64,000 nt of DNA from Naegleria gruberi (taxonomy: Eukaryota), in the NCBI GenBank assembly GCA_000004985.1, contig GG738859.1. One strand, 5' to 3'. Each line of letters begins with the position of its first letter. Within the stretch, counting starts at the first letter, position 1. Of this stretch, positions 9,975 to 20,093 are shown in pieces. The position numbers were made by a program, and so were the translations under genes. The notes below the pieces were generated by a model. It was not told where the DNA came from, ran no database searches, and worked only from the letters and a program-made list of their open reading frames with translations.

Positions 9975-11315
9975 TTAATCGGTCATGTGATCACTAAAGA
10001 AATGTCTTGGAGTATCCTCAAGAACTAAATCTGTGGAAACTGTGCATGTATCTTTGAGGGTGTCATCAATAACTTGTTCCAATTCATCAGTCTTGGTCAT
10101 GGAGAGTGATTTGGTAATATTGGATGCAATCAATTTGACTGTTTCCATACTCTCTGGTGTATTCTTTACATATTGAGCTGTAATGTAGAGGAAAATGCTC
10201 ACAAAATTAAAGTAGATGGCCCAAGGGGACAGATCAGTTGTGAGAGCAAGATACAAATTGGCCACCAAACTCAATATCACTGCAATTTGTTTCTTCATAG
10301 AGTTGGTTTTCATCAACCAGTATGAACTGAGTGTTAATACTGCAGCACACAGAAATTCCTTCCAAATGAGTCCTAATATTCTCCAAATAAAATCTCCTTT
10401 TCGACCCTTTGAGGATGATCGTGATGATGCATTCCTATTACTACTATTAGTATTATTATTTGAATATCGATTGGAATAAATTTGTCTTGAATTTCTAATA
10501 TTTTGCAATAATTCTGATATTTTTCCACTTGGACTTGCAACGTTATCCAGCATGGAGGAGAGTGATCTTGTCTGACCAGTTTTAATATGTTTCAATTGAT
10601 TCAATAATATTCTACTCGTCCTATTTTTTGATGTCAATCCATACTTATTCAATGTTTCAATATTATTTAATAATTTTGATGAAGAATTTGCTGATCCAGT
10701 CAATCCACTAGGTTTGTTATTCTTGAAAATTGAAATATAAGTAAATGGATTCAAAATCGTCCCCTTATTTGAATATGCAAGTTCATAGAGTCTTCTTCCA
10801 ACAGCATATATCGAAATCAAAGTATTACTAACAATTAAAATTCTTCTAGTATATTTAATTGCATAGGAATGACTTTCATCCATCATACTTTCAACAATAA
10901 CTTTTAATTCTTCAATTTCCGATCGTAATTGTTCAATTTCAAAATCTATAAAACTCTTAGATGATGATTGTGCAAGAAGAGGAGAGGGTGAATAGGACCC
11001 GAGTGATGGTGATTGGTCCACCATAGCACCCATCGATGATGATGAACTGAAAGGAGGAATTGAGAGAGGAGTTGTAAATGGTGATGATGAATGCAAAAAA
11101 TTAGAATCCCTCGATGAAGTTCTAAAGTGTGATGATCTCTTGTTACTACTACTTGCACCATTAATACTATTACCACTACTATTACTTGCACCAACAACGG
11201 AGGAAATTAAAGAGTCAATCCCATTGCTACTAGGTGTTCTTTTTATGGTTGAAATGAATTCCTCCTCAATGCTGTCATTCTCTCTGGTTGGCAGAACAGA
11301 TCTGACTTTACGCAT
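9975..11315 (-). CDS. hypothetical S/N-rich protein with central coiled-coil and two C-terminal transmembrane helices (TMCC-like architecture), 446 aa
   Basis: Single ORF with ATG at 11313-11315. Features are an S/N-rich disordered N-terminus, a heptad region (EIEQLRSEIEELKVIVESM), and hydrophobic helices (ILGLIWKEFLCAAVLTLSSYWLM, IAVILSLVANLYLALTT). Confidence 0.45.
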   Translation of the reverse strand: MRKVRSVLPTRENDSIEEEFISTIKRTPSSNGIDSLISSVVGASNSSGNSINGASSSNKRSSHFRTSSRDSNFLHSSSPFTTPLSIPPFSSSSSMGAMVDQSPSLGSYSPSPLLAQSSSKSFIDFEIEQLRSEIEELKVIVESMMDESHSYAIKYTRRILIVSNTLISIYAVGRRLYELAYSNKGTILNPFTYISIFKNNKPSGLTGSANSSSKLLNNIETLNKYGLTSKNRTSRILLNQLKHIKTGQTRSLSSMLDNVASPSGKISELLQNIRNSRQIYSNRYSNNNTNSSNRNASSRSSSKGRKGDFIWRILGLIWKEFLCAAVLTLSSYWLMKTNSMKKQIAVILSLVANLYLALTTDLSPWAIYFNFVSIFLYITAQYVKNTPESMETVKLIASNITKSLSMTKTDELEQVIDDTLKDTCTVSTDLVLEDTPRHFFSDHMTD

Positions 11316-11566
11316 TTTTTTAGATTTTTATTATCTTTAATGCAAGTAAATTGATAAAGCAATACAATGGATTATTATAAAGCAAAAAGACAGTCCTATT
11401 AAAAAAGATTACCTTGTTCATATGAGCATTAGAGCAAACAATCCTTGAGTTACTGAAATTATCATTCTGAGTGGTTCGATTGAGAATTGTTTTTGGTTTG
11501 TTTGCCTTTGTATTTCACAATTTTGGCGCCACATAAAATACAACAAAACCAAACAGAAAAAAAACA
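11316..11566. promoter_or_regulatory. 251-bp divergent intergenic region (putative bidirectional promoter)
   Basis: It lies between the minus-strand ATG at 11315 and the plus-strand ATG at 11567. The plus-strand start has an aaaaaaaacaATG context. Confidence 0.35.
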
Positions 11567-13582
11567 ATGCAACAACAACATTACTCTTACAAACAACAAC
11601 AATTTGGAATTTTAATACTCTTAATTTTATTTATTATTAACCTTGTCGGAACTGTAAAATCACAAACCAATTCCACAGATACAATAGATTATGTTGTTAA
11701 TTGGGATAATGTTCCAACAACAGCACCAACAGTTACCAATCCACAACAAAAGTCATTTGGTTCCTGTGTTTGTGATGTAACTTTAAATCAATGTGATGTT
11801 AACTGTTGTTGTGATCCTGATTGCGCATATTCAATAGTAGAAAACTCCTTCTCAAAATGTCTGGTGCCTTACACAAAGAAGGATTTTAATTATTTGTGTG
11901 TCCAAAAAACATTAGTAACTTTTAGTAATTTGAACAATTTGAAAATTTCAACTAAGGAAGTGGTACAAGATGCTGGAACACCTCTTTTTTGTGTTTACTT
12001 TGAAGCAGGTTTGTTTTAACTTTCAACCTATTTTAACATTTTGAAAAAGCCTCTGTTGATGGGTTGTATTATGCTGTTGTTTCCGATTTGGATGCAACAT
12101 CTATTAAGAAGGTATTTGAAAAGTATGAAGCTTTAACTACTTACAGAACTAGCTACACACAAAAGTATATTTATGATGTGGCAGCTGTCAAAACAAACAC
12201 AAGAGTAACTATATTTCAAGATGGTGATAAAATTCCTTACACCATATCGGCTCCTTCAAGCAACACCTCTCAAGTAACTACAGTATCCTATTTCACTTTG
12301 CATAGAAGCTCTAATTCGGATGTTTGTGAAAAAACTTTTGTAAAATTTATGAGAAATAATGGAAAAGAAAATAAGTGTTCATGGATTCCATCAACTTTAG
12401 AAGATTTCAGAACAAAATGTCTAGGAGATTTTAGTGTGAGCTCATTTGTATCGAACTACTTTTCATATGGAGCAGCACCAGATAGCTATTCTCAATACAT
12501 AAAAGTGGAACTTTTGGAAATGATATCAGTAAGTTCAAGTGGTGCAGAAACGGTTCTCTCAACCATTCCAACAACTACCTATGCCTCCCAAACTTGCACA
12601 AATGCTGTAATTGGAGCAAAATATTATTTTGTTTTTACTAGTTCAGGATCAATTTCAAAAGCTTACGTTACCTTAAGAGTCAAAACTCTGGTCAATCCTT
12701 CATTTGTTGAATTGAAATCACAAGTGAACTATATCAATGGGGTACGTTTAAATTTTATGGCTTTTTTCTAACAATAATTCTCAGACTATTTCAGATTTCA
12801 GACAGGGTGTAATCAAACCAAAGAGTGGTAATCCAGGTTATATTCGTAAAAAGCCTGTACTTGCTGGTTACATGGTAACAAACTCGGTAAAGAATGCTAT
12901 CTATCAACACTACTTGGGTCTGACTGCACCAACTGGATATGATTGCAGCTCCAAGAGTAGTATTCTGTTTGATGTGGATGCTGTATTTTCGTGCAGTTTC
13001 ACTTACACTCTTTCACAATTGAAAGCAGCATGTTTGTCAAATACATTTTCCCAATTAGAATCAAATGCCACATATGTAGGAAGATATGGTAATGCTGACT
13101 ATACAAATACTAACGATTGGGTAGCCATAGTAGAAGATTCCAAACCAAGCTCTGTAAGTATTTTTCATATTGTAAATAGTATTAACCCTCATCTAAAGAC
13201 ATGGGACGAACTTACACAAACATGTAATAACATTGCGGCAGGAATCGAATATCAAATTGTTATATCCAAGTCGGGTTCTGTTCAAAACGAGCAATGGAAA
13301 GTGCAAGGCATACAAAGATCTCGTTACTCTCTCACTTGGACCTTCAGTGGGGACAATACGAAAACAAACACTTTTTGGATTGAAACCAGAGTGAAATATG
13401 TAAGAACTGAAAATCAAGAAACCATCCAAAAGAATTATCCAGCTCCTAACTTTTTACCATTCCTTCCAGAAGATGTTTTCTATCCGTTCTCACTCCTCTT
13501 ATCATCCTCTTCTCAACCATATCACTTGATTTCTCTTCTTCCTTTCCTCCTTGTTTCTATTGTTTCAATTTTAGTTTTGTAA
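11567..13582 (+). CDS. TCTN: Tectonic-family (DUF1619) protein, ciliary transition-zone component homolog; 3 exons, ~643 aa; signal peptide and C-terminal hydrophobic anchor
   Basis: Exons are 11567-12008, 12050-12741 and 12785-13582, with 41- and 43-nt introns (GTTTGT and GTACGT donors). The signal peptide is GILILLILFIINLVGTVKS. The Tectonic signature [20 protein letters not shown] (human TCTN1 [20 protein letters not shown]) and KSGNPGYIRKKPVLAGY (human LSGNPGYVVGLPLAAGF) are both present. The C-terminal hydrophobic stretch is LISLLPFLLVSIVSILVL. Confidence 0.7.
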
Positions 13583-13704
13583 ATGGAAATATGCAAATTC
13601 TCTTTCTTTCCATTCAGAATGTTAGTGCTGCAATTCACAGCCTCTCAATTACACTCCCAACACATTCTTCTGCTATTCGATAGAAACTTGGAATTCAAAA
13701 AAAA

Positions 13705-15600
13705 ATGCCAAGTGATGAACGTGAAGGAAAATACTCATCAACCAACGAGGTAGATAATAACCACTCTGATGAAGTAGAAAATAAATCAAAAATTCCAAAG
13801 TATGACAATGATGAACAAAACCCTTCATCAAATGTAAAAGAATTGGCGGAAAGAGGTAAAAACAAAGTTCTTGAAATGATGATGAAAATGGGCTATAAGG
13901 AAGGAGAAGGTTTAGGTAAATTCGGTCAAGGAAATGCCTCCGTCGTCAATCCACAGGTAAATACAGGTAGAGGAGGTCTCGGAACAATTGATGAAACCTC
14001 TAACTTGTCGAATGTTGTCGAAAGTAGTGATGGAACTTATAAATTACCTTCAAATTTTCAAGTTCAAAGACATGAAGCTGATCCAAAGATTTATAGTCAT
14101 AAGGAAGAATTTGAATGGATTGCATGCAAGGAGGAAAATAGAAAAATCTACTCTGGACCAAATGATCCAATTTACAAAATTGTCAAACCAGAGAGTGATA
14201 ATTTGGATCCATCCAAAATGGCACCAAACGATGCTAATGAAGGACAAAATCCATTCATTGATCCTGAAATTATGAAATCCATTTTCAAAACAAAAGCAGA
14301 CTTTGATGATTTACCACCGAAAATATTCCTCGATGCAAGATTGAGATCTAATCCATATGAAAAAATTGGTAAATCAATCTTTCAAAATAGAGCTGCTGTA
14401 AAATTGGCTAATATTGATTTAGTAACAGATTTGACCAGTGAAACATCCTTGCCAAGACTTGTAGAAGAAAATGGCGTTCTCTATTTTGCAGATATTTGTG
14501 CTGGTCCAGGTGGTTTTACAGAATATTTATACTATAGATATAAAACCTCTAAAGCTAAGGGTTGGGGTTTCACGCTTAAGAATGATAAGGATGATTGGAA
14601 GTTGGAAAAATTCAATAATGAATCTCCATGTTCAAACTTTGAGTTAAATTATGGTGTGGATGGCACAGGTGACATTACCAAAAATGAAAATATGCTTTGT
14701 CTTGATGATGCTGTAAATAGAGGAACAAATAATAGAGGATTGGCACTTGTGACTGCTGATGGAGGATTTTGTGTTGATGGTGTTGAGAACTCTCAAGAAT
14801 ACTTGACACAACAATTAGTTCTTTGCCAATTTTTGACTGCTCTTCTTACTTTGAGAAAGGGGGGATGTTTTGTTTGCAAATTATTCGATTTGAATACCTG
14901 GTTTTCTGCCTCTCTGATATATGTCATGTATCAATACTTTGAAAAGGTTACCATTTTCAAACCATTTTCATCGAGACCAGCAAACTCTGAAAGATACATT
15001 GTTTGCAAGGGAATGACAGAAAGAAAGCCTGAAATTATCAAGTTTCTTCTCCAAGCCAATACCAGACTTTCTGAACGGAAACCAATCAAATCACTTGTTG
15101 ATTGTGATGTAATGACTTCTGATAAGGAATTTGCTCAATTTATGACCACCTCTAATAATACCTTCTCAGAAAATCAAGATTATAATTTGAAACGATTGAA
15201 AATGGCAATTGAAGATAGGTATATTGATATTAAGGATCTTCAATACCAACTTCAACAATCATGTCTAAAAGAGTGGAATTTACCTGAATCAAGATCCAGA
15301 TCGTATAATAAGAGATCTTATGATAATTATAGAGGTAATAGGTCATATGACAGAGACAGGAATTATAGTGGTGGACGTGGAGGTTATGGTGGAAATCGTG
15401 ATAACAACAGATATGATAACAGAAATAATGATAGCAGATATGATAGACATGACAGAAGGGATAACAATGATTATTACAACAATAATGGTAGAAGCAATAA
15501 TAGTCGTAACTATGGAAGAGTAAATAATCATGACGACAGATATGAAAGAAGAGATTCCCATCATTCAAATTCATACAGAAATGACAGACATTACAGATAA
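13705..15600 (+). CDS. cap-specific mRNA ribose 2'-O-methyltransferase-like protein (G-patch + FtsJ/RrmJ methyltransferase, CMTR1-like) with R/D/N/Y-rich C-terminal tail, 631 aa
   Basis: Single ORF with ATG at 13705 after an A9 run. The G-patch is MMKMGYKEGEGLGKFGQGNASVVNPQVNTGRGGLG. The SAM-methyltransferase motif I is YFADICAGPGGFTEY and the fold is RrmJ-like. The last ~100 aa are RSYDNYRGNRSYDRDRNYSGGRGGYGGNRDNNRYDNRNN... low complexity. Confidence 0.7.
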   Translation: MPSDEREGKYSSTNEVDNNHSDEVENKSKIPKYDNDEQNPSSNVKELAERGKNKVLEMMMKMGYKEGEGLGKFGQGNASVVNPQVNTGRGGLGTIDETSNLSNVVESSDGTYKLPSNFQVQRHEADPKIYSHKEEFEWIACKEENRKIYSGPNDPIYKIVKPESDNLDPSKMAPNDANEGQNPFIDPEIMKSIFKTKADFDDLPPKIFLDARLRSNPYEKIGKSIFQNRAAVKLANIDLVTDLTSETSLPRLVEENGVLYFADICAGPGGFTEYLYYRYKTSKAKGWGFTLKNDKDDWKLEKFNNESPCSNFELNYGVDGTGDITKNENMLCLDDAVNRGTNNRGLALVTADGGFCVDGVENSQEYLTQQLVLCQFLTALLTLRKGGCFVCKLFDLNTWFSASLIYVMYQYFEKVTIFKPFSSRPANSERYIVCKGMTERKPEIIKFLLQANTRLSERKPIKSLVDCDVMTSDKEFAQFMTTSNNTFSENQDYNLKRLKMAIEDRYIDIKDLQYQLQQSCLKEWNLPESRSRSYNKRSYDNYRGNRSYDRDRNYSGGRGGYGGNRDNNRYDNRNNDSRYDRHDRRDNNDYYNNNGRSNNSRNYGRVNNHDDRYERRDSHHSNSYRNDRHYR

Positions 15601-15846
15601 ATTTACCTACTCAACCTTTTAAATGAAGTTTCTCTTGCCCTACAATGTTCATTTACAGTTTTCCAATCAATCACCATAGTCCTCTTCATCAAATAAATTA
15701 ATAATAATTTAATATTTAATTATTACTGTTATTGTTTATTATATTGTTCAAAGGAAAAAAGCAAGAAATGCCCAAGATTTATTTGTAAAGACCGTAAGAT
15801 GTGATCGGGAAGGAAGTAATTATGGTGTGTGGATAGAAGATTATGT

Positions 15847-16473
15847 TTACATTTCATATTCAGCAGCTTCCAATGTAGACAACAATGGTTCTAGGAGTTC
15901 CAAACCAATTTCAGCTTGACCTCTAACAGCATTGTCTCTGCTCTTCAGCAATTCCTTTTGAGCTTCAACTTCACGTCTAACGAGATTGACATCCAATTCA
16001 TCAAGTTTGTATGCTTCAGACAAGTTCAATTGAACAAAACCGTGATAGTAAACAAAAGCGAAACCACCAGCACTGAACCATTTAACAGTCTTTTCATCGT
16101 TATATTTGATTTTGATAAGTCCAGGATTAATTCTCATAACTTGAGTTCTGTGGTTAGGGAAGATACCATAGTCACCGAATTCAACAGTGGAGAGAGAAAT
16201 GTCATCAACTTTATCACTTCTGATGATGTAACTGTTGTTTGTACAGAGAGTGAGGGTAAGTTTTTTAGTTTGGATGGCTTCAGTCAAATCATCAGGGAGT
16301 GATTTAACGAAACGATTTGGAATGTAAGAAAAGGCATCTTCAATTTCTTGTTTATCCTTCTTCTTTTCAGAGGCGAAACGCTTTACAACATTGTTGCAAG
16401 CAACAGCCAAAATTTTCTTTGATGATTGGTTGTTGTTAACTCTGAGGAGTGGCTTGGTGATGTTCTTGAGCAT
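15847..16473 (-). CDS. mitochondrial F1 ATP synthase delta subunit (bacterial epsilon homolog) with presequence, 208 aa
   Basis: ATG at 16471-16473. The ~40-aa basic N-terminus (MLKNITKPLLRVNNNQSSKKILAVACNNVVKRF) precedes a beta-sandwich region (LTLTLCTNNSYII...QVMRINPGLIKIKY...WFSAGGFAFV) and a C-terminal helical hairpin. This is the pattern of yeast ATP16 and bovine delta. Confidence 0.55.
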   Translation of the reverse strand: MLKNITKPLLRVNNNQSSKKILAVACNNVVKRFASEKKKDKQEIEDAFSYIPNRFVKSLPDDLTEAIQTKKLTLTLCTNNSYIIRSDKVDDISLSTVEFGDYGIFPNHRTQVMRINPGLIKIKYNDEKTVKWFSAGGFAFVYYHGFVQLNLSEAYKLDELDVNLVRREVEAQKELLKSRDNAVRGQAEIGLELLEPLLSTLEAAEYEM

Positions 16474-16711
16474 TTTTTTCGATTTTTTAGCGCACAGGTT
16501 AGTTTACAAAATGGACACAAAAATGAGGTTTTTTATTAATATTTTCTCTCATTCACCATCATCATGTAGAATATTATTACTTTAATTTAAATAATAATAT
16601 TATTACAAATAGATGTACATGATGAAACTCTTGGTAAAAGAAGCCTCGGGTGAGCAATCTTGTTCATTTATTATGATGGTAATCTTTTTCTTCATCGCAA
16701 AGCTGAAAAAA
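16474..16711. promoter_or_regulatory. 238-bp divergent intergenic region between ATP synthase delta and MYST HAT genes
   Basis: Both flanking ATGs sit in A-rich contexts. The short ORFs here are spurious. Confidence 0.3.
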
Positions 16712-18074
16712 ATGCCAAAGAACAAAAGGGCAGCTGCCAGTAGCAGTGGAAGTACTAGTAAACCAACCGATTCAGAGAATGGTCTTCAGCAAGGATCAAA
16801 AGTGTTATGTAAATCGCTGAGAGACAATGAATACCGTAAGTGATTGTACTAGTTGATTGTGATCATAACAACGTTGACGACGGAAATTTTTATTGTTGTA
16901 TGATGATTATGTGGTAGATATGGCCGAAATTATCGAAATTAATGAAAAGAATGCCCAATTCTATGTTCACTACATTAATTGTATGTAGATTTTTATTATA
17001 ACAGCATTCCGATCATGTCATTAAATAGTTGATAAAAGATTGGATGAATGGGTTACTATTGATCGATTCAATTTGGATGAGGATGAAAGTGTTACAAAGA
17101 GAGATGAAGATACTAGAGTGGAACGTAAATTAACGAGAAATATGAAAAGACAATATAATGAATTACATAATGTGTCAACTGAGATTGATGTAGATAATGA
17201 TCCTGTGCAAGCAGCATTGGAAAAGGAACATGAGGAATTTACCAAAGTTAAAAACATTCAAAAAATTCAATTCGGAAAATATGAAGTTGAAACATGGTAT
17301 TTCTCACCATATCCAGAAGAATACTCAATGATTGATAAATTATACATATGTGAATTTTCTTTGAAATACATGAAGAGCAGGAGAACATATGAAAGACACA
17401 GAGACAAATGTACTTTAAAACATCCACCTGGTGACGAAATATATAGAAGTGGATCTCTAAGCTTTTTTGAAGTTGACGGAAAAAAACAAAAGATTTATTG
17501 CCAAAATTTGTGCTTGTTGGCTAAATTATTTTTGGATCACAAAACTCTCTACTTTGATGTAGAACCTTTCCTTTTCTATGTACTTTGTGAATGTGACGAG
17601 GAAGGATGTCACATGGTAGGATACTTTTCAAAGGAAAAACAAAGTGCTGACGGTAATAATTTGGCTTGTATTCTGACCTTACCTCCTCATCAAAGAAAAG
17701 GTTATAGTAAGATTTTAATTGGATTTTCATATGAATTATCTAAAATTGAAGGAAAGGAAGGAACTCCAGAAAGACCATTATCCGATCTAGGTAAAATCAG
17801 TTATCGTAGTTACTGGAAGAATGTTCTTCTTGACATTTTACAGGCTCATTCAGGTATTTCAATTAAGGAAATTTGTAAAATGACAGCCATCAAACAAGAA
17901 GATGTATTGACAACTTTGCAATCACTCAATTTACTCAAGTATTGGAAAGGTCAACACATTATTTCTGTTGCCCCTAAGATTCTCGAAGAGCACATGAAAA
18001 AGCAAAAGAGAGATGAAGTTAAGATTGATCCATCTAAGATTCACTGGAGTCCATATCCACTTTCTCAACAATAA
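16712..18074 (+). CDS. MYST-family histone acetyltransferase (Esa1/Tip60-like: chromo barrel + MYST zinc finger + acetyl-CoA binding domain); 3 exons, ~410 aa
   Basis: Exons are 16712-16835, 16918-16980 and 17029-18074, with 82- and 48-nt introns (GTAAGT and GTATGT donors). The chromo barrel is [12 protein letters not shown].../[28 protein letters not shown]. The MYST core carries the motifs [24 protein letters not shown] (C2HC finger), [42 protein letters not shown], and the acetyl-CoA site [25 protein letters not shown]. Confidence 0.9.
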
Positions 18075-18156
18075 ATATTTAACAATTGAGATAACAATCA
18101 TTTTGGTTAATTTTTTTTCACTCACAGAAGAATAAATTAACAAGTTTATAATTATT

Positions 18157-18891
18157 TTACACCAGTTTCACCTTTCCTTCAAAGAGTAAAGTTCTTATCA
18201 TTCTGTATTGAATGAAAAATATTGTTCCCTTAGGTAGTTCAAGTTCCAATTCATCTTCATCTTCATTGTTTGGATCAGCATTGAAAGGAGTGAGTGTCAC
18301 AGTACCTAAATCTTGTACAACTTCACAGAATAAATATTTAAACCAATCTGGTTCAACAAAAGGTACAATGTTATCCTTTCCTTGACCTTTTGAAGCAACA
18401 TCCACATTGGTTTGATTGATGAAACTATTATCGAAATAGGTAGATCTTAATTTAGAGAATTTTTGGAGGAACTTCCACTCTGAAGGTGTAACAATTTTCA
18501 AAGCTGAATGAATTTCCTCATCCGTACTTGTTTCCCAAGATAAGTCACTATTATTGATATTTTTGATTTCTGTTCTCTTTACATATTCACACAATGTTTC
18601 CAACTTGAATAGTCTTGTCCTCATCAGAGATGTTACTAAAAATTTCAATCTATTTAATTCTGTATTTCTAATAGAATATTCTTCCGTATAGACATCACTT
18701 TCCATGAGTTTTTCTTCCTCCGATTCAATCCTTGACTTGGCTCTTTCGACCATAGATTCAAGACGTTTTCCTCCAGGTAAAAGTTCGGGAGAGTTTTTTT
18801 CATTGACAAGCCAAATCCTCATATCCTCGAATACTTCGGCATCATCGCCACTCTCCATCATCAATTCGGCAGAATCTATTAGGCTTTGCAT
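18157..18891 (-). CDS. SLD5: GINS complex subunit SLD5 (GINS4), 244 aa
   Basis: ATG at 18889-18891. It matches SLD5 in WLVNEKNSPELL (human WMNEKFAPELL), LKFLVTSLMRTRLFKLE, and the C-terminal IQYRMIRTLLFEGKVKLV (human IRYKTIAPLVASGAVQLI). Confidence 0.75.
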   Translation of the reverse strand: MQSLIDSAELMMESGDDAEVFEDMRIWLVNEKNSPELLPGGKRLESMVERAKSRIESEEEKLMESDVYTEEYSIRNTELNRLKFLVTSLMRTRLFKLETLCEYVKRTEIKNINNSDLSWETSTDEEIHSALKIVTPSEWKFLQKFSKLRSTYFDNSFINQTNVDVASKGQGKDNIVPFVEPDWFKYLFCEVVQDLGTVTLTPFNADPNNEDEDELELELPKGTIFFIQYRMIRTLLFEGKVKLV

Positions 18892-19144
18892 TTTGTTATT
18901 ATTGTGATCTTTTTTTTATTTAATTTTTAAAATATTTTTTAACCTAGTTTTGGCGGGAATTTGGTGTTGGCATCTTTAAAATCATCTTGATTTGTGGCAA
19001 GAATATATTAATGTATTTCACAAAGTAGAACATTCAGGATTTTCATATGGGAAGCTGAAGCTATTGATTTGGTATTGAGATTTAGGAGGTTATTTTGTTT
19101 TTATTTGAGGGTAGATTGATATTTCACAAATTCATGAAGCAAAT

Positions 19145-19263
19145 GGCTACGGCCATATCACGATGAATGCACCTCATCCCGTCCGATTTGAGAAGTTAAG
19201 CATCGTCGAGCCACATCAGTACTGAGGTTGGAGACAACTTGGGAACCTGTGGTGCTGTAGTCT
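19145..19263 (+). rRNA. 5S ribosomal RNA gene (single copy in window, dispersed)
   Basis: The gene reads GGCTACGGCCATATCACGATGAATGCACCTCATCCCGTCCGATTTGAGAAGTTAAGCATCGTCGAGCCACATCAGTACTGAGGTTGGAGACAACTTGGGAACCTGTGGTGCTGTAGTC. The 5' and 3' ends pair to form helix I. Conserved box A and box C-like internal elements are present (CCGATCTCGTCTGATCTCGGAAGCTAAGC-type; GGGAGACC...GGGAA). Confidence 0.85.
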
Positions 19264-19268
19264 TTTTT
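19263..19268 (+). terminator. RNA polymerase III T-run terminator (TTTTTT) immediately 3' of the 5S gene
   Basis: The sequence tcttttttcg directly follows the 5S 3' helix strand. Confidence 0.6.
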
Positions 19269-19445
19269 CGTGAAATTTTTTATCTGAGTTTCCTGACCAA
19301 TGAATCTTCCAAGTGTCATTATTTCAAGAGTTTCGTTAAAATGTAAATTCATCTTTATGAGAATCATAAGAGGTCACCTCATACTGATGCTCCACTCTCA
19401 ATAAGGAGAAGAATAGATTTTATTATTGAATTATTCGTAAACTCT

Positions 19446-20093
19446 TTAGACAACTTGTTGATAGGAAGCCTTTCTTCTTCTGAGTACAAAGAAAATCAAT
19501 CCAGCACAACATCCAACACAACACAAAACTCCAATAATACCTCCAACAGATGCAACAGCAATCACAATTGCTGCAGTATTATCTTGTTGAGGAATGATGG
19601 TCAAATCAATAAAAACTCTTGCTGTGGCACCTTCATAGGATGGATTTCTCTTGACGAGAACTCTAATCTTACCCAAGTCGGTTCTTGGTAGAGTGACTAT
19701 ATTACCCTTTGATGATAGGTAGCCACTGTTTGGGAAGTAAAAGTAGAACATGTATTCTGCAATGGAAGGTGGAACATAGGCAGGGTTGGCTTTAACTTTT
19801 TCAACAAAGTCATTATATTGAGGTTCTGTTAAAAAGTAAACAGAAGCTCCATAGCCAGAGCTTGAATAATTCATTTTGAATTGATTATAGTCTGGACCTA
19901 CTTGACATTCCAATGCAATGGCATACTCATTGCTCCATGAAAATTTATAGTCCTTATCCACTGGTGTGCAAGGAGTTGCAACTTGTTGTTGTTGGCTTGT
20001 TGCAACCACAGTAGCATGTGAATTGTTCAACAAAAAGAGAATGGCAACAATTGAGAATAAGACTAAAGTGCAAGAGTTGAGTGGAGTATTCAT
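19446..20093 (-). CDS. type I membrane glycoprotein, LAMP-like topology, paralog A (215 aa)
   Basis: ATG at 20091-20093. It has a signal peptide, a luminal domain with conserved Cys and N-glycosylation sites, one C-terminal TM (IVIAVASVGGIIGVLCCVGCCAGLIFFVL) and a short basic tail RRRKASYQQVV ending in a YxxPhi-like motif. Confidence 0.55.
   Translation of the reverse strand: MNTPLNSCTLVLFSIVAILFLLNNSHATVVATSQQQQVATPCTPVDKDYKFSWSNEYAIALECQVGPDYNQFKMNYSSSGYGASVYFLTEPQYNDFVEKVKANPAYVPPSIAEYMFYFYFPNSGYLSSKGNIVTLPRTDLGKIRVLVKRNPSYEGATARVFIDLTIIPQQDNTAAIVIAVASVGGIIGVLCCVGCCAGLIFFVLRRRKASYQQVV

Noticed and set aside
10946-11197. His/Val-rich 83-aa ORF inside 9975-11315
   Set aside because: It is an alternative frame of the S/N-rich coding region of the larger gene on the same strand. 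The composition is an artefact of repeats.
6789-18891. Functional clustering of chromatin/replication genes (SET, MYST HAT, SLD5, later REV7) as a system
   Set aside because: They are interspersed with unrelated genes (Tectonic, cap MTase, ATP synthase delta). Eukaryotes lack operons. With about 41 genes in the window, four nuclear-function genes is expected by chance.
19158-19367. 69-aa ORF on the minus strand
   Set aside because: It overlaps the 5S rRNA gene and its T-run terminator. There is no coding support.
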